A stretch of 64,000 nt of DNA from Octopus sinensis (lineage: Eukaryota). Of this stretch, positions 50,844-64,000 are shown in pieces. The notes under the pieces were generated by a model, which did no database searches, was not told where the DNA came from, and saw only the letters and a list, made by a program, of their open reading frames with translations. The position numbers and the translations under genes were made by a program. How positions within the stretch are numbered: position 1 is the stretch's first letter; each line of letters starts with the position of its first letter. The DNA lies in assembly GCF_006345805.1 (NCBI RefSeq), contig NC_043000.1, forward strand, positions 10,106,001-10,170,000, in the 5' to 3' direction.

Positions 50844-52346
50844 GGCGGCGAGCTGGCAGAAACGTTAGCACGCCGGGCGAAATGCTAAGCGGTATTTCGT
50901 CTGCCGTTACGTTCTGAGTTCAAATTCCGCCGAGGTCGACTTTGCCTTTCATCCTTTCGGGGTCGATAAATTAAGTACCAGTTACGCACTGGGTTGATAT
51001 AATCGACTTAATCCGTTTGTCTGTCCTTGTTTGTCCCCTCTGTGTTTAGCCCCTTGTGGCTAGTAAAGAAATAGTATTTCGTCTGCCGTTACGTTCTGAG
51101 TTCAAATTCCGCCGAGGTCGACTTTGCCTTTCATCCTTTCGGGGTCGATAAATTAAGTACCAGTTACGCACTGGGTTGATACAATCGACTTAATCGTTTG
51201 TCTGTCCTTGTTTGTCCCCTCTGTGTTAGCCCCTTGTGGCTAGTAAAGAAATAGTATTTCGTCTGCCGTACGTTCTGAGTTCAAATTCCGCCGAGGTCGA
51301 CTTTGCCTTTCATCCTTTCGGGGTCGATAAATTAAGTACCAGTTACGCACTGGTTGATATAATCGACTTAATCCGTTTGTCTGTCCTTGTTTGTCCCCTC
51401 TGTGTTTAGCCCCTTGTGGCTAGTAAAGAAATAGTATTTCGTCTGCCGTTACGTTCTGAGTTCAAATTCCGCCGAGGTCGACTTTGCCTTTCATCCTTTC
51501 GGGGTCGATAAATTAAGTATCAGTTACGCACTGGGTTGATACAATCGACTTAATCCGTTTGTCTGTCCTTGTTTGTCCCCTCTGTGTTTAGCCCCTTGTG
51601 GCTAGTAAAGAAATAGTATTTCGTCTGCCGTTACGTTCTGAGTTCAAATTCCGCCGAGGTCGACTTTGCCTTTCATCCTTTCGGGGTCGATAAATTAAGT
51701 ACCAGTTACGCACTGGGTTGATATAATCGACTTAATCCGTTTGTCTGTCCTTGTTTGTCCCCTCTGTGTTTAGCCCCTTGTGGCTAGTAAAGAAATAGTA
51801 TTTCGTCTGCCGTTACGTTCTGAGTTCAAATTCCGCCGAGGTCGACTTTGCCTTTCATCCTTTCGGGGTCGATAAATTAAGTACCAGTTACGCACTGGGT
51901 TGATATAATCGACTTAATCCGTTTGTCTGTCCTTGTTTGTCCCCTCTGTGTTTAGCCCCTTGTGGCTAGTAAAGAAATAGTATTTCGTCTGCCGTTACGT
52001 TCTGAGTTCAAATTCCGCCGAGGTCGACTTTGCCTTTCATCCTTTCGGGGTCGATAAATTAAGTACCAGTTACGCACTTGGTTGATATAATCGACTTAAT
52101 CCGTTTGTCTGTCCTTGTTTGTCCCCTCTGTGTTTAGCTCCTTGTGGCTAGTAAAGAAATAGGTATTTCGTCTGCCGTTACGTTCTGAGTTCAAATTCCG
52201 CCGAGGTCGACTTTGTCTTTCATCCTTTCGGGATCGATAAATTAAGTACCAGTTACACCCTGGGGTCGATGTAATCGACTTAATCCGTTTGTCTGTCCTT
52301 GTTTGTCCCCTCTGTGATTATTGCCCTTGTGGGCAATAAAGAAATA
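50844..52346 (+). mobile_element. Family M SINE: one head followed by eight tandem 180-183-bp units, inside a single TSD pair
   Basis: Unit starts at 50892, 51074, 51254, 51434, 51616, 51798, 51980, 52163; TSD agaattat(a/t)ccattt at 50828-50842 and 52347-52361. Confidence 0.95.
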
Positions 52347-52713
52347 AGAATTATTCCATTTAGTTATTTCTTTCCTACTCATGCGTGAACTTTCAGGAAT
52401 TCAAAACTTAACAAATCACTTGCATTGATCTCAGCCGTCTGAAAAGGCTTGTAAACATAATGGTAATGTCTCCGCCGCTTTATTGTCCTATTAATTGATA
52501 ACACACTCGCACGCACACACGCGCGTGTACGTGCGAGCATGCATATACCTACTTACCTACCAACCTACCTACCTACCTACCTACCTACCTACCTACCTAC
52601 CTACCTACCTACCTACCTACCTGCCTACCTACCTGCATACATACATACATGCGCACACACACGTGTATGTGTATGTATTTAAGGAAACATTAATGCATAG
52701 CAATCAATATCTG

Positions 52714-52795
<82 letters not shown>

Positions 52796-52820
52796 AATCT
52801 ATCTATCTATTTATCTCTCA

Positions 52821-52880
<60 letters not shown>

Positions 52881-53012
52881 GTCCCTTTCTGTAGAAGAGC
52901 GTAGGCTCGAAACGTAAAAGACTTTTTCTATTCCTGAGCGTTATACTAATACATATGTTTATTTTGTACACCACATGTCTTCGTCTTTCGTTTTTTTCGT
53001 AAACTCTCCCTA
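52881..53012 (+). mobile_element. Penelope-like terminal repeat, family B (motif at 52885-52920)
   Basis: Matches 2765-2955; (TA)n on both sides. Confidence 0.6.
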
Positions 53013-53801
53013 TATATATATATATAAATATATATATATATATCAGTACATGTGTATGCGCGTGTGTGTATATACATACATACGCACAAATACAAGCTCT
53101 CTCTCACACACACACCGCACACATACATACACAGAGAGAAACTAATAAGAAAGGCTCAGACACTGTTTATAATGTTATTCGGTGCTCTTATGTCACGAAT
53201 CTCATATTTAAGCAATTTGAACACACTCGATATGACGACGATGACGACGACGAAGACGACGACGATGCTGGGGATGTGATAATGAATATTATACGATGAT
53301 AAAGATATTTGTTTTAGTGGTTATTAGTTATAGTCATAGCAATGATATTAATATGAACAATAGAGACAGATGTCAGTTTTCGAATCAATTAAGATGGTAG
53401 GACAGGGGCAGCAGGATTGGTTCGTTGTTGTAGGTAACTGTAGTGTATAGTGTATCGATTGTTCCATTTCCACAAGCTTTCAACCCTGGAGGTAACTTGT
53501 ATTGATTAAGCAATATATAGTTTAAAAAAAATTACTGCTGACCACTGCAACAACAACGACAATAACAACTATATTTACAATACCAAGCGAAGCATGCATA
53601 AGCTGCAGCAACACTAGTAGCAGCAACAGTAGTAGCAGCAACAGCAGCAATGAGAAGAGCAACTGGACTGATAACTATTAAAAGAACATGAACAAGAAGA
53701 ACGACCAAGTCAGCTGTTCTGAGTGAAACTTCTGTAAAGAGTACTATAGTGACAGGAAGCAATAGGAAACCTTTACGTGGTGCTGGATATAGCAACCAAA
53801 T

Positions 53802-54011
53802 GGCGGTGAGATGGCAGAATCGTTAGCACGCTGGACGAAATGCTTACCAGTATTTCGCACACCGCTAGGTTCTGAGTTCAAGTTTCGCCGAGGTCGACTT
53901 TACCTTTCATCCTTTCGGGGTCGATAAATTAAGTACCAGTTACGCACTGGGGTTGATGTAATCGACTAGTCACCTCCCCCACAATTTCAGGCCTTGTGCC
54001 TATAGTAGACA
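53802..54011 (+). mobile_element. Short-tail family M SINE with 17-bp TSD
   Basis: ggatatagcaaccaaat at 53785-53801 and 54012-54028. Confidence 0.9.
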
Positions 54012-54304
54012 GGATATAGCAACCAAATACCTCGTAAATCACAACCTCGTTGTGTTAAAGAAGGAAGGACAGGTTACATAATGTATGTGGCTGTTGTTGT
54101 TTGATCATAGATCTTCATAACAAGGCTTGGCTTCACCTACGGTCAAACAACAACAACAACAACAACCTCTAACAACAAGTAAAAGTCAACGAGGATCTTC
54201 TACATCAGGCCTGGCCAACTCGAATTACATTGCGGCCACTTCAATCACAGAAAGTTTGTAAACTGACAGAATTGAAAGCATTTTGCTTTCTCATGCTATT
54301 ATTA

Positions 54305-54687
54305 TTGGGTCGTCCTGAAAGTTCGTGCCGATTTATAGTAGCTTACCTTTCGACTTATTTTAGAACATGGTTGAGTCCATTAAATAGGATTTGATTACAC
54401 CTCCTTTGTGTTTACAGTTTAAGCTATATTTTCGTTGAAGAAGGTTTATGTTCTTATAACCTGTGTTAATTCTGTAACCCTTTAAAATGGAAGATAAGAA
54501 AGTTCATTTTCGGCACTTGATGCTTTGGGAACCAGACAAAAATTGCTGCAGCTTGGCTGGGATGTGTTACCCCACTTTCCATATTCACCAGATATTGCTC
54601 CTTCGGATTTCCACTTATTCATGTCTCTGCAGAATAGTCTTAATGGTAAAAATTTCAATTCTTGGATAACGTTAAAAGATACCTTGG
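54305..54687 (+). mobile_element. Internally deleted mariner, second copy with the same deletion junction as 19704
   Basis: TA-ttgggtcgtcctgaaagt TIR; identical gatgctttgggaaccagac junction. Confidence 0.9.
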
Positions 54688-55251
54688 TGAACTGGAGCAA
54701 CGTGAAATAAAGTGTCTTGCTCAAGAAGACAATACCACAGCTCGGTCCGGAAATCGAACTCACTACCTCATGATTGTGAACCCGACGCTCTAATCACTGA
54801 GCCATGCGCCAATAATATATAATTATTTACATTAACTAGTATCCAGTATTTAACTAGTATTTACATAACTAGTATCCTGAGTTGCCCTGTGTAATCTCTG
54901 AGAGAAACCAACCAAAAGGTTGAGCTTATAATATTGTATGTCCCATGATGTGTATGTTACATAATTTAACAGTGAACTAGTTCCTGTTGTGTTAAGTAAT
55001 TAATGTCTGAATGAGAGAGAAGGAGGGAGAGAAAGAGGGGGAGGGAGAGAGAGACAGTAAGAGAGAAGCTGGAATGTTTTTGTAATGTTTTTGCTCAGGA
55101 TAACACTATATATTCAGGCAGTTGTTGTGGGGGACGACACACATAAGCCCTTAAACGATAGGGGATTACATTGTACGGTGGATCTAAGAGATTAATAATC
55201 ATAATCATTAACATTTAAATTGTTATTTAATGGAGTGCAGAAACAGAAATG

Positions 55252-55318
<67 letters not shown>

Positions 55319-55824
55319 ACAAACACAGAGTCTTTATATTAATTATTCGTAGATAAGATAACTTGTATCTAGACTGTTTCTAGCCTACGTCCGCAAGTTG
55401 ATAGTAGTACTAGTAAAACGACTACAAATTAACTTTATACACTTAGGGTTAAATAGGAATTTCAAAAGAAAAAAGTAACCGCTCCTTTATTGTACGAAAT
55501 CATACGACATATCGAACCATTGTCTCACTGTAAAGCCATGTGTAAAATTAACCACAAATAGTGCAAAACTATTGAAAATAAACAAAGTGGTTTGTAAAAA
55601 TATTTTAGCAATAGATAGAGATTTATTAACGGCAACAAAATCTAACTAAACTAAAGTAACGAACTATCAGCCGAAATTGCAAAGATAATCTGGAACTCAA
55701 CTGAGGAAAGAACACTCCGTATGACTCATCCTTTTTTTTTCTTGTCCCTTTTTTTGTATCATCTAATTGTCTGGATGTTTTGCGTTCTTGTCCCATTTTT
55801 TTGTATTCCATTATATATATATAC

Positions 55825-55872
<48 letters not shown>

Positions 55873-55876
55873 ATAT

Positions 55877-56065
55877 AGTTAATCCAAACAAGAAAGCAAA
55901 AAGACAACAACGCAAGGATGTGGAACAAATAAAGTATTATTGGACGCTCAGGAAAGAAGGGAAGAAGGAGGGTTTGACGTTTCGAGCGGAGCTCTTCGTC
56001 GGAAGCATAGGAGAAGGGAAGACAGAGGAAAAAAAATCGCTCGTGATACAGACGAGGTCACATAC
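55877..56065 (-). mobile_element. Penelope-like terminal repeat related to family B, hammerhead-like motif at 55972-56006
   Basis: CCGACGA-A-GAGC-ucc-GCUC-GAAAC-GUC; flanked by (TA)n. Confidence 0.55.
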
Positions 56066-56456
56066 TATATATATATAAGTACAACGATTACAAAGGATAA
56101 GTCCTTGGGTCGATTTGTTCGACTAAAGACGGTGCTGACTGAAACAAGTAAAAGAATAAAAGGAAAAAATATATATAGTAAAAGAATATATATATTCTTT
56201 TATTCTTTTACTTGTTTCAGTCATTTGACTGCGGTCGTGCTAGAGCAGCATCTTTAGTCGAAAAAATCGCTCCCAGGGCTATTTCTTTGTAAGACTAGTA
56301 ATTATTCTATCGGGGTCTTTTGCAGAACCACTAAGTTGCAGAAATGTAAACGCACTAACATAAGCTGGTGGTGGTAGTGGGGGGGGGCACAAACACAGAC
56401 ACACACAAATACTCCCAAATACACACAAACACCCCACCGCACACACACATATAAAC

Positions 56457-56502
<46 letters not shown>

Positions 56503-56701
56503 GATAGTTTTTTTTTCAGTTTCTGTCTACCAAATCAACTCACAAGGTTTTGGTCAGCCCCAGGCTATCGCAGAAAACACTGGGTTAAGGTGCCACGCAG
56601 TGGGACTGAACCTGGAACCATGTGGTTGCGAAGCAAGCTTCTTGCCACACAGCCACGCTGCGCCTCTCTCCCTCTCTCTCTCTCTCTCTCTCTTTATATA
56701 T

Positions 56702-56739
<38 letters not shown>

Positions 56740-56740
56740 A

Positions 56741-57133
56741 TAAATATTAGGGAATATATCCAAATTTACAGGGAAAAAAATCAGATTTATGATTAAATCC
56801 AATTTTATAGTAAAATATTATAAAATATTATTTGAGACAAAACCACTATTTTGCAAAAACAAAAAGGAAAGACTTAATCAATACATAAAATTTAATAAAT
56901 AGTCAAAAAAACCGCCACTACAATCGTTCTTGTCTTGATCGACAATCTTCAGGTGGACTTCCAATAATCAGTTACAAATTTGTAACTGAATTATTGGAAG
57001 TCCACCTGAAGATTGTCGATCAAGACAGAAGAAACGATTGTAGTGGCGGTTTTTTTGACTATTTATTAAATTTTATGTTATGATTAAGTCTTTCCTTGTT
57101 TGTTTTGCAAAATAGTGGTTTTTCTCAAATAAT
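56741..57133. mobile_element. Penelope-like family A element forming an approximately 300-bp spacerless palindrome with two opposed hammerheads (56915-56956 minus, 57002-57046 plus)
   Basis: Centre gttacaaa/tttgtaac at 56978/56979; CCAC-CUGAAGA-UUGUC-gaucaa-GACA(A/G)..GAA(A)C-gauu-GUA-GUGG. Confidence 0.78.
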
Positions 57134-57423
57134 ATTTTATTATATATATATATATATATATTACTATTTATTAAAGCTGAAAACATTTTCACAAACTACT
57201 ACGTCCATCAGACATTTGTGATAATACTGAAATTCTGTATTATCATAAATGTCTGATGAAGGATCCCGTGAAACTTTGAGCAACAATTTTGTGATGACTT
57301 TTTCAGCTTTGATATAATAGTATACTACTCTACCTTTGGTATTAGAGTACTATTTCTTCCACATTGCCTTGCACCTATGTGCTTACCTCTGTGTGTGTAT
57401 ATATATACATACCTAAATACATG

Positions 57424-57480
<57 letters not shown>

Positions 57481-57612
57481 CATATATATATATATATATA
57501 TATATGTGTGTATGTATAAAATATGATTGATGTAAGAGGTGGAAGGCATTGAGAATAACAAAAATATGTCATCGTGAACCGTAAGTGATATTGAGACATT
57601 GTGTTTCATATG

Positions 57613-57681
<69 letters not shown>

Positions 57682-57720
57682 GTGTGTATGTGTATGTATG
57701 TATATATATATATAAATTGA

Positions 57721-57758
<38 letters not shown>

Positions 57759-57787
57759 TATATAATATATGTATGTATGTATATATA

Positions 57788-57818
<31 letters not shown>

Positions 57819-58174
57819 TGATGTATGTATGTATGTATGTATAAATTATTGCCACTCAGAAAATGACGTGGCTGGCATTCAACGCTGAAAGTATTCAGCA
57901 TTCTATTATCATTTATCCACTTGATTAGCTATTCTGAGACACTAGGATTACATCTTGCAATTTATTACGTGCTCTACAAAGGAGATGATGAATTCCTTAC
58001 CTATTTTACAGAAACCATGAAGGCAAAGTTTACCTCAAACCAAAATTGGTTGGGGATTTGTCGCGTACAGCAGAGTCAATTACCGAGTTACTATTTCTCA
58101 GAATTGCCAACGGCCTTAAATAGTAGCAAAGATGCGCGCGCACACACACACACATACACACACACACATACACG

Positions 58175-58233
<59 letters not shown>

Positions 58234-58879
58234 CACAACACACACACATGCACGCATGCACGCACGTACAAATATGCACAAATATATATATGCATATAGG
58301 CGTAGGCGTGGCTATGTGGAAAGAAGCTTGCTTCCCAACCATTTGGTTCTGGGTTCAGCTCCACTGTGTGGCACCTTGGGCAATTGTCTATAGCCTCGGG
58401 CCGACCAAAGCCTTCTGAGTGGATTTGGTAGAAACTGAAACAAGCCCGTATATATATATATATGTTTATATCTATGTGTGTGTCTTTGTGTTTGCGTTTG
58501 TTTCTCATTACCGCTTGACAAACGGCGTTTGCGTGTTTACGAGCCGAAAACCTAGCGGTTCAGCTAAAGTGTCTGATAAAATAAGTTCTAAGTTTTAAAA
58601 AAAGTCCTGGGGTTCAATTTGTCCGACTAAAAAATTCTTCAATTCGGTGCTCTAGCATGGCCGCACTCAAACGACTGAAACAAGTAAAAGAATATACATG
58701 CATACATACTCACACACACACACACACACACACACAACACACACATATACATATATATATATATACTACTTAAAAGCACCCACTCCACACTGTGAAGTGA
58801 TTGGTGTTAGGAAGGGCATCCAGCTGTAAAAATCCTGCCAAAACAGTTACAGAACGATGATGATGATGATGGTGATATA

Positions 58880-59920
58880 TATATATATATATATATATTT
58901 ATAAAAGTGAGATTCTGTCCGTTTGTGTGTTTGTTTGTTCCTTACAGTGAAAGTAAATGGTTCAAGGGAGGCAACACTAATTGTGCACAAACCTATGACG
59001 AACTGCATTGGGGCAAATATTTTCACTGGTTGTGGTAAACGTGATGCTGTTTTCGTTCCTCGCATACTAGTTATACCATCTAATGTCCCATTAAATTTAA
59101 GCCCTTACAGTTTATTTTGCCATGAGCATTAATAAAATTCAGGATCAAGCACTAAAACTTGCTGGATTGCAACTTGAAGAACAAACAGAAATTCGTATAT
59201 GAAATCCATCGTTTTCTACTTCATTTATTACATGTTTTTCTCTTATATAATACACACATACAGGACAAGTAAACCTAAATCTGACTGACAGGATAGCATT
59301 TGTAATTTCATTGGACTATTGCTTACTGTATTCCATTCCAATAATATAACGTCGGAATTTTAGCACTAATATTGACAGGGCACAGCATTTGTAATTTAAA
59401 CCCCCTGCAATCCTCCAAAGCCTAGAGCCATTGAAGAAACTGTTGTCATCAACTGACCAAGATGCCAAGCACTTCCAAAACAAAATTAGACAAAGCAACT
59501 CTACGCTACAGATGACATCATTTGGAGCCACAAGAGATTTAACTGAGCTAGGAGTCATGCAAACTTTCAAGATCCAAGATGAGATTTATCATCGGATTGG
59601 CTCTCTGCTACCTCTGTAAAATGAATCACCAAAATCCGCCTTCAATTGTTTATAATCTGCACCTGTTTTTTGGTTACGAAATATACTACACAAAATGTGT
59701 TTTTGAATTACGTGTATTTACTTTATATACATATACGAGTTGAAAACTTTCTTTTAACCTTTCACTTAACGCATATGTTCCATGCTTGCATAGGTTGGAA
59801 AATTATTAATGTAGAAAGTTGGTATTTTAGCTACTAGCAGTTGAGACCTGCGTAATCTAGACAGCGTTTTAAAATTTTATCATGCTCTTTAACCCGGGCA
59901 ACGCCGGGTATTTCTACTAG
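58880..59920 (+). mobile_element. Non-autonomous Helitron with Rep/helicase N-terminal remnant
   Basis: FQNKIRQSNSTLQMTSFGA..TFKIQDEIYHRIGSLLP; 3' hairpin acccgggcaacgccgggt (59892-59909), then CTAG at 59917-59920 followed by T. Confidence 0.88.
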
Positions 59921-60185
59921 TGTGTATGTATATATATACATATATATATACCGGAGTAAACACATAAATGTGAAACAAGGTGGAAAAAAGAGTACTCAAA
60001 TACCAGTGGTAGAGTAATATGCTTTATTTAAAGCAGTGTGTGTGTGTGTGTATGTATGTATGTATATGTATGTATATATATAAATCATATATCACATCTA
60101 TCTATTCTCTGTGTGCCTGTTTTCCTGCCTGTCCATCCGTCTGTCTGTCTATCTATCTACATATGTATGTATGTATGTATGTATG

Positions 60186-60216
<31 letters not shown>

Positions 60217-60724
60217 ATATGCGTACATTTATATATGCATGTTTGTAAGTGTGTTTGTGTATATGTATGTATATATGTTTTAAGAGAACAAGTTGAGAAA
60301 GAGAATAATATAATCAAAAGTGAATGAAAAATAAAAATGAGGAATGATTACAGAATATATGAAGGTTATGGAAACTCTCAACCTCTCAATTCCATTGAAA
60401 GTGGAACTAAATATTTTCACATCGATGACCTTTGTAACCTATAGTCAGTATTGCAATTACGGTGATTGTTATGATAGTGGTAGTAGCAGTGAGAAGCATT
60501 AATTGTGGTGGTTTCGAGTCTGTGAATAAGAGAAATTATTTCTTTGTCAATTGTATCTTTGTCACATCCCATCGGAATTTGAACTCCGAACATTAACTGA
60601 ACGGAAATATATGGTGTATGACATTCAGTTCTAACTCGTCACTGTTTCTTTCACACCACACTTCGTTTATCATACTACGATTATTATAGTAGGTAATAGT
60701 GATAACTTATTATCACTATTACCT

Positions 60725-61133
60725 ACGAACTGGCAGAAATGTTAGCGCGCCGGTCGAAATGCGTAGCCTTATTTCGTCTGACGTTACGTTCTGAGTTCAA
60801 ATTCCGCCGAGGTCGACTTTGCCTTTCATCCTTTCGGGGTCGATAAATTAAGAACAAGTTACACACTGGGGTTGATATAATCGACTCAATTCGTTTGTCT
60901 GTCCTTGTTTGTCTCCTCTGTGTTTATTCCCTTGTGGGTAGTAAAGAAATAGGTATTTCGCCTACCGCTACGTTTTGAGTTCAAATTCCGCCGAGGTCAA
61001 CTTTGCCTTTCACCTTTTCGGGGTCGATTAAATAAGTACCAGTTACGCACTGGGGTCGATATAATCGACTTAATCCGTTTGTCTCTCCTTGTTTGTCTCC
61101 TCTGTGTTTATTCCCTTGTGAGTAGTAAAGAAA
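60725..61133 (+). mobile_element. Family M SINE dimer
   Basis: Junction gaaata/ggtatttcg at 60951/60952; TSD taggtaatagt. Confidence 0.9.
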
Positions 61134-62173
61134 TAGGTAATAGTAATTATACTGGTCGTGCTTCAGTTTCGGTTTATTAATTGTCCAATAAGGTACTGGT
61201 AGTGTGTATAAACCCATTACTGAGATGGAGTTGTCGCATAATATGGAAATATGACTGGCCAGGGAAATAAACATGTTGGTATAACAATGGTACTACTAAC
61301 AGCTGATGATGAGGTCATCGACACCAGAGAACCAAAAGAAGATAATAAAATAAAAGCATTAAGAAGAGTGTAAGAGTTAAAGATTATCGGTCTGTGTTTA
61401 ACAACGAAGATGACTAATCGATTACTTCGGAATATTTTATCTGGTTTTCTACATGTCAAATCTGTGTAATGGCACTCAATGCATTGAAAGGTAAAGAAAG
61501 CATTATCCCAGGGAAGAGAAAAGTAGAAATAAATACCAAAGTTAATAGATTTAAAGAGAGTCAAGACTATTGAAAAGGTTGTATGACGCAACGAAAATTT
61601 TAGGAAAATAAAAATAAGAAATAAGTGGAAATTTTACCGGTGAGTGTGTTACATTATAAGGCAGAAAAAGAAAATGACTCTCCCCAGACACAACAGAATA
61701 TGCTTCAACACACGAACTCATATAAAGTATCTTGCAAACCAAATCCAAAAACGAATGATTTAAAGAACTTTTGTCTGAAAATAAACTGAGCTTAGCAGCA
61801 TTTCGTTCGTCTTTACGTTCCGAGTTCAAATTCCGCCAAGGTTGACTTTGCCTTTCATCCTTTCGGGGATCGATGAAATAAATACCAGTCAAGTACTGCA
61901 GTCGATGCAATCAACCAACCCCTTGCTTCTAAAGCTACTGGTCTTGTGCCCAAAATTTTAAACAGTTCTTGGCACTATTTTATCCACGTTTTCAAGATCC
62001 ACAAGTGAGAAACATTGTCACAAACTTTCTAGTTGTCAAACCATGCTATACTCAGATCATCCTCTTTTTCCTCCATCCATAGCATTGTTGATCAATAATT
62101 GACCTTTGCAGTCATGAGAATCATTGCACCATCTCTTCTGAAATAAGTCAGTACATCTTGATGTTTATCATTT

Positions 62174-62223
62174 GCGATATCATTGCAGGATGGACAATAA
62201 TGTCCATCCTGCAATGATATCGC
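62174..62223. repeat. Perfect 23-bp inverted repeat with 4-nt loop
   Basis: gcgatatcattgcaggatggaca-ataa-tgtccatcctgcaatgatatcgc. Confidence 0.95.
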
Positions 62224-62599
62224 TGTAGAAAGAAACTCGAGAGTTTTAAAATTTAGGATTTACTGCTTATATATATAGATGAGATTAAAATGGTTATTCT
62301 TTTCAGTGAGTAAGTTAGTTGTTACCAGTTTTTTCCTATCTTCTTAAACTCAAACTAACACTTTATCTGTGTCCCTGTAAATATATTACTCGGAAGTGTA
62401 AGACAGAAACGTTAGTAAGCCGGGCGAAATGCTTAGCGGTATTTCGTTTGTCTTTACGTTCTGAGTTCAAATTCCGCCGAGGTCGAATTTGCTTTTCATC
62501 CTTTCGGGGTCGATAAATTAAGTACCAGTTGCGTACTGGTGTCGATCTAATCGACTGGCTCTCTCCGCAAAAATTTCTGGCCTTGTTTCTAGAGAAAAG

Positions 62600-62641
<42 letters not shown>

Positions 62642-62884
62642 GAGTGAGAGAGCAGTGTATGCCATCTAAGTGTCCCTGGGGTACAAATATACGAAGCCAA
62701 GTATACCCATTATGACTACCCGTCTGATTAGGGTACACCAGGCACATGCATCACAACCCTATGTGCGCGACATGGTGACATCATATCAAGATAAACAGCG
62801 CATGATCTTGCAGGTGGGCCCCAGTTAGAATTTTCTTCTGGTCGAGTAACCCATATATTATTATTTTATTATTATTATTATTAA

Positions 62885-62915
<31 letters not shown>

Positions 62916-62925
62916 TATTATATTA

Positions 62926-62989
<64 letters not shown>

Positions 62990-63664
62990 TAGACTACTTT
63001 GCATTATTAATTTCTTTATATATACTTATCTCAGTCTATTTCAATGTAGTAATAAATTCTCTAAAGACAGATCGATAATAGACTCTGTCACTATTGTTAT
63101 TGATGAGAGTGACTGATAATCTGGTAAAACATCGTTTTAACATCTAAACATTGTTATCTGCACAGGCTACTAATAGAATACTTTAGTTATTTTTATTTGA
63201 ATGTCCACAACACTGTCTCTTTAGAAAATACATTTACAGTTTATCTACATTTTCTCAATTGTTATTTTTTCCATTAAGCTGAAATTTTTTTTTCTGCTGT
63301 ATCCGGGTGTCACCAAGAAAGTTGAGCTATTGTGCAACAGTTGAAAATTCGATTTTGCTAGAAATGAGTATCGAAGTAAATTTAGAATTGACGTAAATAA
63401 GACAGTAGCACTGCGGACTTTTTAAGCGCGAGTGAACCATGATAAATTTGTAAATCAGGAAAAAAAGAGGGAAACAAATAAATGGAATTATAGTCGTGGA
63501 TTTTAGAGTTGTTGAATAATTGATGGTGTGAAAATAAAGAACGATAAGGGATTGTAAAATGTTTTACTGAAAATAGTAACCATTAGTCGTACGGTAGTCA
63601 GAGTAAATGATTGTTAGTCAACCGAGAACGAAAAAAAAATGCTTTTATTAATAAAATGTTTATA

Positions 63665-63791
63665 ACCAACCACATGGTTCTGGGTTCAGTCCCACTGCGT
63701 GGCACTTTAGGCAGGTGTCTTCTACTATAGCCTCGGGACGACCAAAGCCTTGTGAGTGGATTTGGTAGACGGAAACTGAAAGAAGCCCGTC

Positions 63792-63841
<50 letters not shown>

Positions 63842-64000
63842 ATGTGTGTGTGAATGTTTGTGTGTCTGTGTTTGTCTACCCAACATCGCTTGACAACCGA
63901 TGCTGGTGTGTTTACGATCCCCGTAACTTAGCGGTTCGGCAAAAAGAGACCGATATAATAAGTACTAGGCTTACAAAGAATAAGTCCTGGGGTCGATTTT
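63665..64000 (+). mobile_element. SINE family C, running off the window end
   Basis: Matches 39120-39500. Confidence 0.9.

Noticed and set aside
50844-52346. CRISPR-like regular array
   Set aside because: Units are contiguous ~182-bp SINE bodies with no unique spacers, in a eukaryotic context with no cas genes.

Overview
Eukaryotic, AT-rich, microsatellite- and transposon-saturated DNA. The repeat families resemble those I recall from octopus genomes; this is an inference, not a database match. No rRNA, bona fide tRNA, CRISPR array or recognisable intact protein-coding gene was found, and most ORFs in the track are translated microsatellites. Coding remnants come from a Tx1/L1-clade LINE, a CR1-type LINE, an R4/Dong-type LINE, Tc1/mariner derivatives and a Helitron. 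Two abundant tRNA-derived SINE families are present. A few minus-strand splice-bounded open frames may be exons of a host gene with long introns. Main observations: (1) a SINE whose ~182-bp unit is repeatedly placed at one fixed site inside copies of its own family, up to an 8-unit array within one TSD pair, and whose 3' tail matches the Tx1 LINE in this window; (2) several Penelope-like terminal repeats in (TA)n carrying minimal type-I hammerhead ribozyme folds with covarying stems, plus a variant-core family; (3) a second LINE/SINE pair (CR1) sharing a covarying 3' stem-loop; (4) a 351-bp inverted duplication with the geometry of a staggered-break inversion of ~4.8 kb. All alignments and coordinates were read by eye, so element boundaries are approximate.
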